This document shows, piece by piece, positions 39,839 through 53,300 of a stretch of DNA of 64,000 nt. Both the position numbers and the translations under genes were made by a program. The stretch is from positions 105,648,001-105,712,000 of the forward strand of contig OZ024743.1 in the NCBI GenBank assembly GCA_964016885.1. The letters are read 5' to 3'. The notes beneath the pieces are model-generated. The model searched no databases, was not told the origin of the DNA, and saw only the letters and a list, made by a program, of their open reading frames with translations. The stretch is from Eledone cirrhosa. Taxonomy: Eukaryota. Each line of letters opens with the position of its first letter. The first letter of the stretch is position 1.

Positions 39839-41208
39839 ACCGCACACATGATTTCACATAGCAACATGCTGTACACTCATAGAGCAATAAACAGACACAT
39901 CTACATGTGTGTATGTATGGACCCGTAAGGTCTATTGTAGTTTCAAGGGCATTGTAGTAACATACAGCTTGTATTGATCACTTGAAACTTTACGGTGCCT
40001 ATTCCCTCTGCAAATCTGAACACACCCGATTACTTCCAGAGAAGGCGTGAAAGAGAAATAAAGAAAAAGTGAGAAAGAAATCTTGGGGGAAAAATCGGCC
40101 CCGGTACTGAACTGGTATCATTTTTATCAATGACGTAAGGATGAAAAGGTAAGTTTTCCGTCGCGGGTTTTGAAATCATAGCATAGAGATCCAGAACGAA
40201 TAAGGTAAAACATTCTTTTCAATGTTCTAGCAATTCTGCCTATTCACCGCTGCCATACATATACATAGTTGTTCACAAAACAAACCTATATATTCATGCA
40301 TATGCAGAGGAAGACCCATCGCATTACTTATAAACATAAACACATGAAAGTGCACAGCATAGACACATTTTGCGCACAAAGTAATAGACTCAATATATGT
40401 GGACATTTATGCATAAAGCAAATCTACATACTCTTGAACATATATATATGTAGGCGCTCACCAACATACGCATACATACATACATTTAATCTTATAGCAA
40501 CACACTGAATCATTGACATATGTGCGAAGACAGCAATCGAATTATACACAGAGATGTTACAGCACGAAGCAACACATTATTCCATAGACAGATGTGGGCG
40601 TACATTACCTTCGTACATATACATTTCTACACATAAAGAAACACATTCACTTATTGATACATAAACACATTCAATATTGATGCATCTACGCATCAACACA
40701 GAAAGTAACCAATGAGAAGATATGTGCGTGGAATTAAAAGAGAAATAAATAAATAAATATAGGAAAAATAAAGGAATAGCGAAACTAAGATAATAGTATA
40801 CTGTGCTTCATTTTTATCGAAAAATGAATAATATTATAAGAAGTAGTTATACATGTAAGGGATCTGAACTACAACAGCAACAACAACAAAAGTCATATAA
40901 GAGAACTAAGTAACAATGAATGGATGAAATATATATTTATAAAATGGGGGAAAAAATGGTGGATACTCCGCCAGTTTCGGCGATAAACATTCAGTTGTTC
41001 GACTACCCGAAATCCTACTTGTGAATTAAACACGAAAGTGGCAGAGTACTCCATATAAATGTGTGTGTATGTATAGATCTGTAATTGTGAGACTTGGTAC
41101 TATTAGACTTTGCCTTTGGTCTGTCTGGGGTCGATAAAGCAAGTCCCAGTAAAGTACCGGTGTCGATAATATCGACGTTCATATTCACCACATTAATAGA
41201 TGTTCGTG

Positions 41209-41555
41209 GGCAGTGGATTGGCAGTATCGGTAGAGGGTCGGACGGCATGCTTTGACGCATAGAGTTACGGCCCTTGCAATTCTGAGTTCAAATCCCGCCG
41301 AGACTAATTTGCCTTTCATCCTTACGGGGTCGATAAATAAAGTACCAGTAATACACTGGCTAATTGCTGGCATTGTGCCAAAAGTAGAAACAATTATTAT
41401 TATTGAGTTTAAACTCCACCACACCAAGGTTAGCTTTGTCTTTCATACAAACAGGATCGATAAAATAAAGTACCAGTAACGCACTGGTATCGATTTAAAC
41501 GATTTCCTCTCCTCCAAAAATTGTTGACCTTGTGCCTAAATCAGAAACCATTAAT
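41209..41555 (+). mobile_element. Two adjacent family-1 SINEs (41209-41402 well preserved, 41403-41555 older); others at 42985-43365, 53055-53260, 63160-63300
   Basis: ggcagtggattggcagtatcggtagagggtcggac..gagttcaaatcccgccgag..gcctttcatccttacggggtcgataaataaagtaccagt. Confidence 0.9.
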
Positions 41556-41599
41556 ATTTTTTATTGTTAATATTATTCTTTTCATCAGGTTGTTCTTAA

Positions 41600-41960
41600 T
41601 TTGATTATTATGGTAAGGGAGCGAGTTATTAAAATGACGTTGGGACAGAATTTATTTCAGTTACCTTTCAAAAATTTTCCTTGGAATCCGAGCCTCTACT
41701 AATATTACAATTCTCCAAAGATATCAAATTCATCTTTCATGAATTTTATTTTTTATTCTAACTTGTGTCATCCCGATAGCTCTTATCACAATTGGTATAA
41801 CTACACATTTTATTGTCCAGCTTCTCGTGAACATATTTTTGTGGCTAACCCAAAGAAAACATTGGACGTAATAGGGTGTATATGAAAACATGTACGATAT
41901 GTTTATATACAACAAATACATGAGGGACTAACTCTAAAAGGTAGTTTCACGGAAATGAAG
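41600..41960 (-). mobile_element. Old 3' fragment of a restriction-like-endonuclease non-LTR element (R4/Dong/NeSL-type)
   Basis: RSWTIKCVVIPIVIRAIGM and ILVEARIPRKI resemble the RLWxxKxxVIPIVIGALG..LLGTARILRK tail of RLE domains. Confidence 0.55.
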
Positions 41961-43954
41961 AGAATTAACGAAAGAATTTCTTTTCTGTCAACCAAGCTCT
42001 CATTTGTTAATTGTATGTTTTCATATACACCCCTACTATCTTTCTAGGGTTCTCTATTGCACAATCATTTCCCTTCTCACTTCGCATCGATTGGTGATCC
42101 TACAGCAAGTATCCAAAGCAGATATTTGTCGTTTCTATCAATGACAATATAAGGTCTTCTCATACATATCTCGGGATTACATTAAAGGCTGAGGTTCCAA
42201 TGTATTTTCATTTCATCTGCCACTTTAAATGTTTCGGGCTAGTGCAGTAGCACTTTTGTGTGGCCACATCTATGTTGAAGGAGTGCGATGAATATGCTGA
42301 AGAAGGAAATACATCCTAACTGGGCAACGTCGAAGACTGCGCATGACGGAATACCAGAAACCAATGGCGATACTGAAAACCTACAGTGACACCTCCCTAA
42401 AGACTGGCTGCACCAGCTACAGGTATTTGATTGATTGAAATTTGTGTTCCTTGCACAACCTCTAGTGTACACTCCTTTTGTAATCTGTTTGTTTTAGTTT
42501 AATGCACTACTAATATTGATTATAATTTGTAGAAGTTATATTTAAAATAAAATTATTTTTGTAATCTGTTTGTATTAGTTTAATGCACTAGTAATATTGA
42601 TTATAATTTTTAGATGTTATATTTAAAATAAAATTGTTTTTGTGCTGCACACATTGGGGTTTTAGTCACGATGTTAACGACTATTCCTATCCATTTATTG
42701 ATGTTTAATTATACTTGTCTTGTAGTAGACGTGGGTATGAATTCTCATAGAACATGCTGATATATAATAAACAAATTCGTCTTCCTATGGCTGTTTTAAG
42801 CTGTGATCATGTATTATGTCTTATTGTAGTACACGTTAGGTTAGTGATACCTCCTCAACATTTCGTTTCTCATGAAATGACGCTGCGTCAATTCACCACA
42901 CTCCACTCTCTCTGTTTCCTTTGTTCTTTTTGGTGTATAGTCATTTAATCCATTGCTATCAGGGTGTCAGCTTGAGAGAATAGGTAAAACTTCGGGAAAA
43001 TTGCCTTGGGATATTTTTTCGGCTATGTTCTGAGTTCAAATCCTCCAAATATATGCTTTGCCGTTTCTACTAAGGCCCAATAAAATTGAATGCCAGTCAA
43101 GTATATGGGTGGATTTTGTTGACCTTCCCCTTCACGCCAAATTACTCTTCTTTCCCCTAAATATTAAAACATTACAACAAGGATAAGAAATTGGCCAAAT
43201 TCCAAGCGGCATTAGTTACTTACGTTCTTTTCAGTTTTGAATTCAAATCCTGCTATGGTTGATTTTGCCTTTATCCTTCTGAGGTCAATAAAATGAAATC
43301 GATTTAATGGACTGTTTTCTTCCTGGAAATAGGTGGCATTTTGCCTATGTTAGATATGGTTCTTATTCTTATCACAAGTAATGAGCATGTTATGATGATG
43401 TCGAAGACGATGAGAGCTATACTGATGTCGAAGATGATGAGGAGGTTGTGTGCGAAATGTATGGTGATGACGGGTATAATATCATGATGTTGCTCATGAG
43501 AATGATTATTATCATGAGGATTAATAGAGATTTTGATGATGATGATGACATGGAGGGTGATAAGAAGTAGGATACTGGTGATTAGACGGACGAGATAGAA
43601 TATAACAATGATAATGATGAGGAGAAGGCTGAGGACATGCAAGAGGAAGACATGATAAAGAGAAGAAGGTTTACTATTGTAGTTCTTGGACTGCGAATAA
43701 GTGAGAGTTGGTAATGTTGGTGGGATTTGGATGTAACACATAGGGGAATGTCATTTTGACAACATCGACTGAAACATAAAAACGGGATTTACTCTACCGT
43801 TTGATCTGTTGTTGTTGTTGTTGTTGTGCTTGCTATCGGTATATTGTTGTTGCTTCTCGTCTTATTGTTGTTGTTAAAGTTGTTGTCGGTAATGATGTAA
43901 CCACCACCAACTATCCTTTTCCTCATCCTTCTCCTTCTCCATTTCCTACTAACA

Positions 43955-44007
43955 CCACCACTACTACTACTACCACCACCAACATTACTACTACTACTAC
44001 TGCTCTG

Positions 44008-44061
<54 letters not shown>

Positions 44062-44152
44062 TCACCAGCGCCACTAGCCCCATCATCCCCATCATCACCA
44101 TTACCACCACCACCACTACTCCTACTAGCACTACTAGTACTACTACTACTAT

Positions 44153-44217
<65 letters not shown>

Positions 44218-44293
44218 ATAATAATAATAATAATAATACTACTACTACTACTACTGGTAGTACTACTGCCACCACCACCATTAATAGTAGTAG

Positions 44294-44340
<47 letters not shown>

Positions 44341-44341
44341 T

Positions 44342-44421
<80 letters not shown>

Positions 44422-44422
44422 T
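43955..44422. repeat. (CTA)n/(CCA)n/(ATA)n compound trinucleotide tract
   Basis: Direct reading; source of the poly-L/S/V ORFs. Confidence 0.97.
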
Positions 44423-44658
44423 TGGCAGCCACCGTAGTAGCAATACCGATGGAGATTGTGGAAAGGTATGGTTTATATGAGGTGCAATTTCTTTAGTAGT
44501 TGCTTCTGTGTTAAGGAAGCGATGACGAAATAGCGACATTTTGGCATCATCCAAGAATTTATCATTTGGATAATCGTAACTGTGTGAAACAATTATGATT
44601 GAATGTGTAGAAACTAGTAGCAAGCAGTAGTATGTATTGTGTTGATTGTTAATGGTGC

Positions 44659-44723
<65 letters not shown>

Positions 44724-44761
44724 GCGATGTTGAGGATGACGATAATAAAATGATGATGATG

Positions 44762-44793
<32 letters not shown>

Positions 44794-44946
44794 GATGATG
44801 ACGATGATGTGGTTGATGATGACGAAAATGGTGATAGTGACGATGATGACGATGATGATGATGATGACGATGATGATGATGATGATGGTGCGAATGATAA
44901 TGATGATGAAGATGTGGTTGATGATGACGAAAATGGTGATAATGAC

Positions 44947-44995
<49 letters not shown>

Positions 44996-45097
44996 GTGCG
45001 AATGATAATGATGATGAAGATGTGGTTTATGATGACGAAAATGGTGATAGTGACGATGATGATGATGATGATGATGAGAATGATGGTGACAGTGATA
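44659..45097. repeat. (GAT)n tract with higher-order units of about 110 bp
   Basis: gatgtggtt(g/t)atgatgacgaaaatggtgata recurs three times. Confidence 0.95.
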
Positions 45098-45254
45098 TTG
45101 AAATTAGAGCTGCTTTTTATAGGTAGAATCTGTCTTTCTTTGTTGTCTTGTAATGTAAACGTATTTCAAAATAGTAGTTTCATTATAACTAACTGGAAAG
45201 TAGGAGGGGATAGAGAGAAGGATCATAAGCTGAGAGATGGTAAGTCTTACATTT

Positions 45255-45308
45255 AGAGAGAGAGAGAGATAGAGAGAGGGGGATATATATATATATATAT
45301 ATATATAC

Positions 45309-45356
<48 letters not shown>

Positions 45357-45540
45357 GGGCTATCGGGAGTGAGAGAACTGGGAGTGAGAAGGGGAAGTGG
45401 TTAGATGGGGAGAGAGAGATGAGGAGAGAGAGAGAGGGAGAAAGATGATATAGAGAGAAAGAAAAAGAGGAAGTCTGAGAGGGAGAAAGAGAGGGAGAGA
45501 AAAAGAGGGAGTCAGAGAGTGGGAGAAATGGAGAGAGAGA

Positions 45541-45601
<61 letters not shown>

Positions 45602-45720
45602 AAGAAAACAGAGAGCGGTGGAGAGAGATCCAGAAAGGGTGAGTGAGGGAAAGAATGAGAGAAGGAGAGAATCAGAGAGAATCAGAGAGAATCAGAGAGA
45701 GGAAGAGAATGAAAAAAAAA
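45255..45720. repeat. (GA)n/(TA)n purine-rich tract
   Basis: Direct reading. Confidence 0.95.
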
Positions 45721-46038
45721 GAGGAATATTACGAGTAAAGCGATATGGATAAGGAGTAAGACAATATGAGAGAAATAGAAAAATAAATTTTCTCCAATGC
45801 CTATTTCATCGAAGCGGTCGTTTTATGGGGAAAGTATCATTATTATTCTTCTGATGTTCTTTGGTCATCCGTTAACGATGTCTTTGGATCTTTATTGTCA
45901 CATCTCTCAATCTTTCACCTCTAGTTTTCACCTTTCTTTTTCTCTCTCACACACTCTTTTCCTCTCTTCTTCAACCTCCTATTTCACCTTTATATTACCA
46001 ACCAACAATATGGTATTTCATTTTGATGTAATGTTAAA

Positions 46039-46535
46039 GCGCGTGGCTTTGTGTTTAGGGTGTTCTGCTCACGATCGTAAGGTCGTGAGTTCGATTCCCG
46101 GCGCCGCGTGGCTTAGTGGTAAAGATCATAAGTCGTGAGTTCGATTCTCCGCGCCGCGTGGCTTAGTGGTTAGGGTACTCGGCACATGATCATAAGTCGT
46201 GAGTTCGAATCCCGGCGGCCCGTGGCTTTGTGTATAGGATGTTCTGCTCACGGTGGTAAGGTCGTGAGTTCGATTCTTGGCGGCGCGTTTTGTCCTTGTG
46301 AAAAACACTTTATTTCACGTTACTTCAGTCCACTCAGCTGGCAAAAATGAGTTGTACCTGTAATTCGAAGGGCCAGCCTTGTCCCATTCTCTGCAACCTA
46401 CATCTCCCTGGGAACTAAGTTAAGGCACTCGTATCTGTGGAATGCTCAGACACTTGTAAGGCAATTTCACGAGCCGGCTGTTCCGTTGAACTTATCAACT
46501 GGAATACTCGTTGTTGTAACCGATGGAGTGCCACT
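46039..46535 (+). mobile_element. tRNA-derived CORE-type SINE (OR2-like) with four tandem tRNA-like heads
   Basis: A boxes tggcttagtgg; B boxes gttcgattcc/gttcgaatcc at 46089, 46139, 46203 and 46268; then CORE-like tgtccttg..aacactttatttcacgtt. Confidence 0.85.
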
Positions 46536-47714
46536 ACTTATTGTTAAAGGAGGGATTCGGCGGCGAAGTACCAGGGAAGTGTAAAGAATCATATAAAATG
46601 CATTGCCTTACTTCATTTAGTCATTTCTCTTCAATTTGACTTCGGAATCAAATGACATAATCATTGCAGTCGTCCTTCACTTTTTCTTATATATGTACCA
46701 GATATATCTCGGTGTAATGTATGAAACCATACATCTGTTACACGATGTAGATGAGAGTTTACATAAAATATGAACTAAGCTACATGTGAATTATGTTGAC
46801 GACTCAAAATTCGAATGCAATTTAATATATTTTCTTCAATCATAATGGCGTACTGGAAGCGTCGACATTTGTGAAGTGAATCCAGTTCAGATCTTGCGAC
46901 TGTACATCGGTGTCTGATCAATGCAGTCGTGTCTTGAGATGCAAAATATATCCAGATATTTCTCCTGCACATGTACATTTGATTCGGAAATTGTGTAAAC
47001 GTAATACATTTTTTAAATTTAGTAAATGTATATATACTTTGATCTGTTTTAATTAACCAATACAATTCAGCATATAGAAAAAGTTTCTACACAGAATATT
47101 ATTACTAATATTTGAAGAGACAAGTTTATCATAATTCGCATTTCACAAGAATACTGCTTTACTGAATCATTTTTCCCGATGCCCTACTAACTCTGCCCAT
47201 TCACTACACTGGACTAAGTACTATTAGTCATATAACATCTTTAATCTAAATTTATGGCAATCCTAGTGGTTATAGTTCTGTGATAAATTGGTAAGAACAT
47301 CTGGTGAAAGTGTATCTGGAATCAAATAAAAAATGAAAAAACAAAGATCTATGAATGTGAAAATCGCCTATTCTCAAAGTAAGAAACGATATAGGTAATG
47401 TGGTGTGGATGTTTATCTTAAGAGCATTTCTCTTCACATAATAAGCCAGTTATTTACATCTACCACGCTGTTCACCAGAGAACGAATGAGAAATATATTT
47501 TAACCTTTTGTAAGGCTTTTGTTTCAGCTTATTAGTTTTCAGGACGCATTCAGTCGTAATATCAAAGTCCATCGTGACTTTTTCATAGGAGAGCTACTCT
47601 CCGGAAGTTAAGGGCGCTAAGTGCGTATTGGTAAATTAATGTGTTTACAAATGTTCTAACATATAGCCCTGTTTTTCACAAACAAATTCAAGTAAAATAG
47701 GTGTTGTTTTTGAG

Positions 47715-50320
47715 TTTTACAATAATATAAATAATTATCTAAACAGTACATTATAAATGGTTGCATAAAAATGTGCATGCTCACTTATAGAAAACAAGAG
47801 CCGACATAGGGGACGGTACAACTTCAAGGACTGTGGGTGTTTACAAGATCGAGCAAAATACAAATTAACAAAAACAATTAACAATAAAAATATAACAAAA
47901 TAAATTCCCCAATTGGGGTGTAAACCACCCAGTGGTGACTCAGCTACTCTACTGATCCTGAAGCACACGACGCTTCCAGAGTACTCGGAAGGGCACCCCT
48001 CTCCTTCTCAAATAAACCAGCCTACAGCCATAGCCATTCTCACTCCATTCACCCACCTTTTAACAAATGTACTGGAGGCAGCACTTCTGTCTCGACCCAC
48101 ATCTTCCAAATGAAACTTAAAAAGGTTGATGAGGGATTGACCGAAGAGAAATGAGTCAGTCTTTAGTCCTTTTAATCTGGTCCACCACACTTTAGCTGCT
48201 GCTACCAGATAGAGGAAAGCTGCCTGCCCTTCCAGCCCAAAAGAGGCGTTACGGCGGTCTTCACTAAGGACTCGGTTGATAGCTAGATCCATCCTACACG
48301 TGGCAACAGCTGTTCGACATAACTCCACAAGTCAGTAATGTACAGAGACAGGACGAGTGCGTACAGAACGGTTTTGTCGCTCTCCGGGCATCTCGGGCAT
48401 GTCCAACAGTCAGCACTTTGTGGTCTATAGAGTTATTTCGAACCGACAGGGCCTCCCCATTCGGTAGCACTACCAAGTGAGGGATTTCTGGAAGGAATCC
48501 ATCGTTCCCGGCTCGAAAGTCCTCCGGCACAGACTGGTAAGTTCGTCTTCGTGCTCTCCGCGTGCGTCGTCGCACTTGCTCACCACTAATCCTCTAATCA
48601 GTTCCACTGACCCGATTGCCCGTCTGGTAAAGGGAAGTGTCAGATGCCAGTCACCTAGTCTCGGTCTCTTCTGCACCCTCGATTGCAGCTTAGTCAAAGA
48701 GATAAGCTCCGGAAAGGCCCTTTTGACAAACGGTGACCACACCTGTTCACCATTTAGGCAGATTATCTGGAGATACCGCAGCCTCACCCAATGTATGCAC
48801 ATAAGTCGCCACGGCATACCCAGCCTTCAGTGTAGAGGGTGCTGGCTGCAGATGGACCACCTCAACAACGGAACCTGTCGCCTCCACAAGAATTTGAAGA
48901 GGAGCCGGTCCAACTTGTTGAGGCTCAGACGGTTCAAGGTATGACGGTCAGGTGGTAGTAGATGATGGACTCAATGTATGCATTCAGCACCTCCACCCGA
49001 CCATTTAGTTACTGCTTCCTCGCAGCTCGTTTCTGGGTGAGAATGGCAACCCTGATCGTCACCATGTCCCAATTCCTATCCACCTGGAGGTCTGGTACGA
49101 ACCAAACCCCGAGCAACTTTACCGTTCCGTCTGTCCAGCGCCCAACAACACCGTTGGACGACATGGACTTACCTCTCCAGATACCGCGCTGCAAGCCTAC
49201 CGACTTTTCCAGTGCTGGTGTTGGTGGTGGTCCTCACCCCACATTGGCAACACTGGAGACCTTCAACCCGTTGCACTGTTCAGCAGTTGGGGGTAGAAGG
49301 TCCGAAAAAGGTTTGTTTCTCCGCAAACGAAACAATGCAACCTTTTGCTCTGAGTCATTATATGTAACAACATCCCGTTCTGCAGACGGATGTGGTCCGG
49401 GATTCTTTTTACATCCTCCTAATCTGGAGAATGATCTCCAACAAACCGAGACCAGTCCTCCCTGGCAGTCATTGTGAACTCTAGCGGTACAGTAACCATC
49501 TCCTCCACAATCACGCATGTTAGAAGCCACCACATGTCAAGGCCTGGTAGAATCCTGGGAATGCGGACATGAACAGTTCGTTTTCCCATGTGGGAGGGGT
49601 ACATAATTACCTCGTTGGATTTTGCAAGGGGTCATCGCATGTTTCATAGCGATGGTTTCTGACTTAAACAGCACCGAAATGGTGCTGTATTGTCTGCCCC
49701 TCATTATGTACTCGGTGTCATCTCTGATGCACCTTAGTGCGGCTTCAATATCTGCCTGGGCACTTAAAGCCACCCTCTTTATTTTTGCTGAAATGCACCT
49801 CCTATGCTCCACTGCTTCAATGGCTTCCGCGGGGACAGTTATGTTGGCCCAGATTTGCTATTGCTTGATGAGCTTTTCATCTTTATTTGTGAGGTCCATG
49901 ATGAAACATGGCCTTTCTTTGGCTGTTGCCGCAGCGAAAGTGTTGTTGTTGTTGCTGCTGCTGTTGCTGTTGATATTGGTCAGAACTTTGGTGCCGTTGT
50001 TGTTGTTTGCTATGCAGTTGCTTTTGTTGCTGTTGGTGCTGTCACTGTTCATGTTCTTGTTGGTGGTGTTAATTTCGTTGATTTTGTCGTCATTGTTTCT
50101 GTTGTCTGTCTTTTTGTCGTCGCTGTTACTGCTGTGGTTGGTGTTGTCATCTTTTTTTAAGTTAGTGTTCTCACTGTTGCTGTCGTTGTTTCTGTCATTC
50201 TTCATGTTGTTTTTGGTGGTGTTTGTAGTATACATTTGTGTTAGCCGTATCCTTGCTCTCAACGTTTAAGCCACTGTCACACGACAGCAGACTTACCGTT
50301 AGCGGGGCATGGCTCAGCCA
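47715..50320 (-). mobile_element. Tx1/L1-clade LINE, internally deleted and decayed
   Basis: ORF1 remnants at 49215-50320 (Asn-rich N-terminus, MGKRTVHVRI, knuckle remnant) join directly to late RT (EKSVGLQRGIWRG, VKLLGVWF, LLFKFLW, LGMP) and C-terminal CPRC..TVLYAL, VKRWV. Confidence 0.88.
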
Positions 50321-53300
50321 TTTCTTTTTTCTCAATATATTTTTTATACACAAAGTTCAAATATTTGGACCAAAATGCCCAAATATTATAGCGAGTCTCA
50401 TTCACAAGGCACAGAAGGAAGTTTTACGACCCCTTAACAACACAAAATAGCGAATACAAATTAAGAAAACAACTCAAATTCAGTAACTCAGGGAGCTTTC
50501 AAATGCTCGTCTACTATTGCCGACGACCAATAATAGTAACAATAATAATGTCAAGTATAGGCACAAGGCCCATAATTTGGTGGGAGGGGAAAGTCAATTA
50601 AATTGACATAGTACGTTACTGATACTTTATTTAATCGAACCCGGTAAGGATGTAAGTCAAAAATTTAATCTGGGCGGGATTTGAACTCAGAACGTAACTC
50701 TATGCTGAAAAGCTTGGCGTCCGGCCCTCAATAACAATCCCTGTAAATTATAAACGGAATCAAATAGTTGCATGTGTAATTCTGCTTAAATGATTTCTCT
50801 GATTGTAGAAAGTATTTTATAAGTCCATGAAAAATGTATATTTAACCAGAAGAAACAAATTAAACAAACAAGGCTAAAATAGAAGTAACAAATCAAAATA
50901 TATATATTTATTTCGTATTGATGGATATTGTGATATACTTTTGCAATAACAGAAGCACACAATTTCAATTTTCTTTAATTAACTTGTTTCAAGACTAGCT
51001 TTTCAGCTAAGGCTTACAACAGAAAAAAAAAACCCATCAGGATAAGGATAACTGTCAAATTGGAACGAGGTTTAATTCAAACAACTCATTAATGCATGAT
51101 TCAGTCATCAAAATAGAAGCATTTCCCTTCAGAAGAATTATCAGTTGGAAACAAAAATAACAAAGTGATGATGAAAAAAGAAATTAAATAGAAAATACAT
51201 TAAAAATATAAAGTAATATTATTGCGATTATACCTGCTTTTAGCATTTTTTTTATGAAAAAAAAAAATTAACAAATATGTTATCAAAATTATCAACCCGA
51301 CAATAGCTTCCAGTATTTTGTAGAATAAAACCTAATATTATAAATATAAAAAAAATGCACTAATTTATGTTAAAACAATTGAATGTAATCAGGATCTGGA
51401 ATAAAACAACATCATAATATTAATCAATAATAACGAAATGTATAGAGAAATAACAAAAACCAAGACGAACTAAAATAAGCAAGGAAGAAAAATATATTAT
51501 TACACGTAATCACCCATAAAGAGTTGATTTACTGTACATTTTGCTAGAACATACTGCGGGCCTTTCTAATTACATCGTAATAAACTGGAAGGTGTTATGT
51601 TACTTATAGAAAACTTAATCGTTCTATTTTACCCGAATATCGGATTATATTCTCTATACTGATATTCTCCATCACATTAATTCGGATTCACGCTATTATA
51701 AGGGTGTGTTGGATCACCATCAGTTTCGAGGAAGAGCGAGTGTGTCAGTAAATTTATCAAGAAAATAACCTATTCGTGAATTTACCGGGCAACTGCCAGA
51801 CATTTCCACAGATACCTGTCCCTTTAACGTTATTCTCAAGGGAGCCGGTGTGACACAGTGTGTAGCATGTCTACTCCTTACTATTACACGTATAACTACT
51901 TTTTGCCAGTTGAGTGGACTGGAGCAACGTGAAATATAATGTTTGTTAAACTACACATCGCGCCGACGGGAATCAATATCAATACGGTAAATCGAACACT
52001 CACAGAATTAATTCACGCGAGTTGATTCTCGTTTATATGCTGGCATCACTGGTCTCGACTCAACAGTTTACATTGTCACTGGAAGAATAAGTAGAGTGTT
52101 GAACAAGATTGGTTTACTCCATTTAGTTATAGTCACTTATATTCAGTGGATGAATGTCACCATGTCAGAATTTAATTTTCGTAATTACTGGGCTGATATC
52201 ATGACTACCAATCAATATTGATGTTGAATAGTAGATTATGATATTTCCCAAACTCATAATATAATCAATGCCCATCCCACAACTCATTGTTGTTTTGAGT
52301 TTTGAAAGTATGTTAGCTTAAATTAAGCAATATAACGTAAGTTACTTTGTAATGAAAAATGTCTAACAATATACGCATATAATTAGATTAAGAATAGAAT
52401 CTTAAAGATATCGCCACCGGAATAGGAACTCACACATTCCGAATATCAAACGGCAACACTCTCATTACACAAAAGTGTTATTGTCCATTTACCCTTTCTC
52501 GGCGTCCATATGTCCAGTGTGTTCTACTATTTTCATAGTCAAAAAATAAAAAGTCAAACCAAACTGCAAAAAAATACATTGAAACAGCTTTCTTTAAGCT
52601 AACAGATTTTCAAAGTTCAACATTTGCGCAACGTTTCTTGAATACGATTTATTATTTGTTCCTTGTTATTTAAGTTTCCATATAGAATGATCAGAATGGG
52701 ATAAAGTGACTCATATCGCACAGGACATGATTTTAACATCCATTTTTCGATATCGATAAAATGTACTCCGCTGAAGTAGTGAGATTCATAATATCCCTCT
52801 CCCACAATCCATGAGCATGTGTAAATATTCACAAATACCTCATATAATTGACTCGATCAACAGAGTTGAAAATTTAATGGATTGCTGTGTTAATATTTTT
52901 CTTCCAAATACTTAATATTATTTTCATTGCATCGATAATAAAAAAATATTCAATGGCGTAACAGAGTTCATTAATTCAACTATACACCCTCCATCAATTG
53001 TGTGATGTTCAGAATTACCTAACCTATAACTGATACTAAGGGCAATGAATTGGCATAATCGGCTGAGATTCGGACACAGTCGTTCGTAGTATTTAGTTAT
53101 GACTTTCAACATCCTGAGTTAAAATCCTGCTGTGGTCAACTTTTCCATTCCTCCTCTCTACATCAATAAAATAAAGTACCAGTTATGTATTGGGGCCGAT
53201 ATAATCTACTTATATCTTCCCACAAATTGCTGACCTTGAGTAAATATTACAAAGAATAATTTATTGCATTCTAAGCAATTGCCTGTGTCGATTCCGTAAG

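Noticed and set aside
42476-42640. About 82-bp tandem duplication (also about 39555-39695, and the 55-nt unit at 18190/18335)
   Set aside because: Ordinary local duplications with no structural motif seen.
43801-45256. Long poly-L/S/V/M/D ORFs resembling membrane or acidic biomineral proteins
   Set aside because: Open in several frames on both strands because of (CTA)n and (GAT)n; no unique coding flanks or splice evidence.
46039-46285. Cluster of tRNA genes
   Set aside because: A/B boxes are present but there are no complete cloverleaves, and they run into a SINE body.
46775-47065. 96-aa minus-strand ORF as a host exon (also 31120-31308 and 38349-38570)
   Set aside because: No recognisable homology and weak or absent splice signals.
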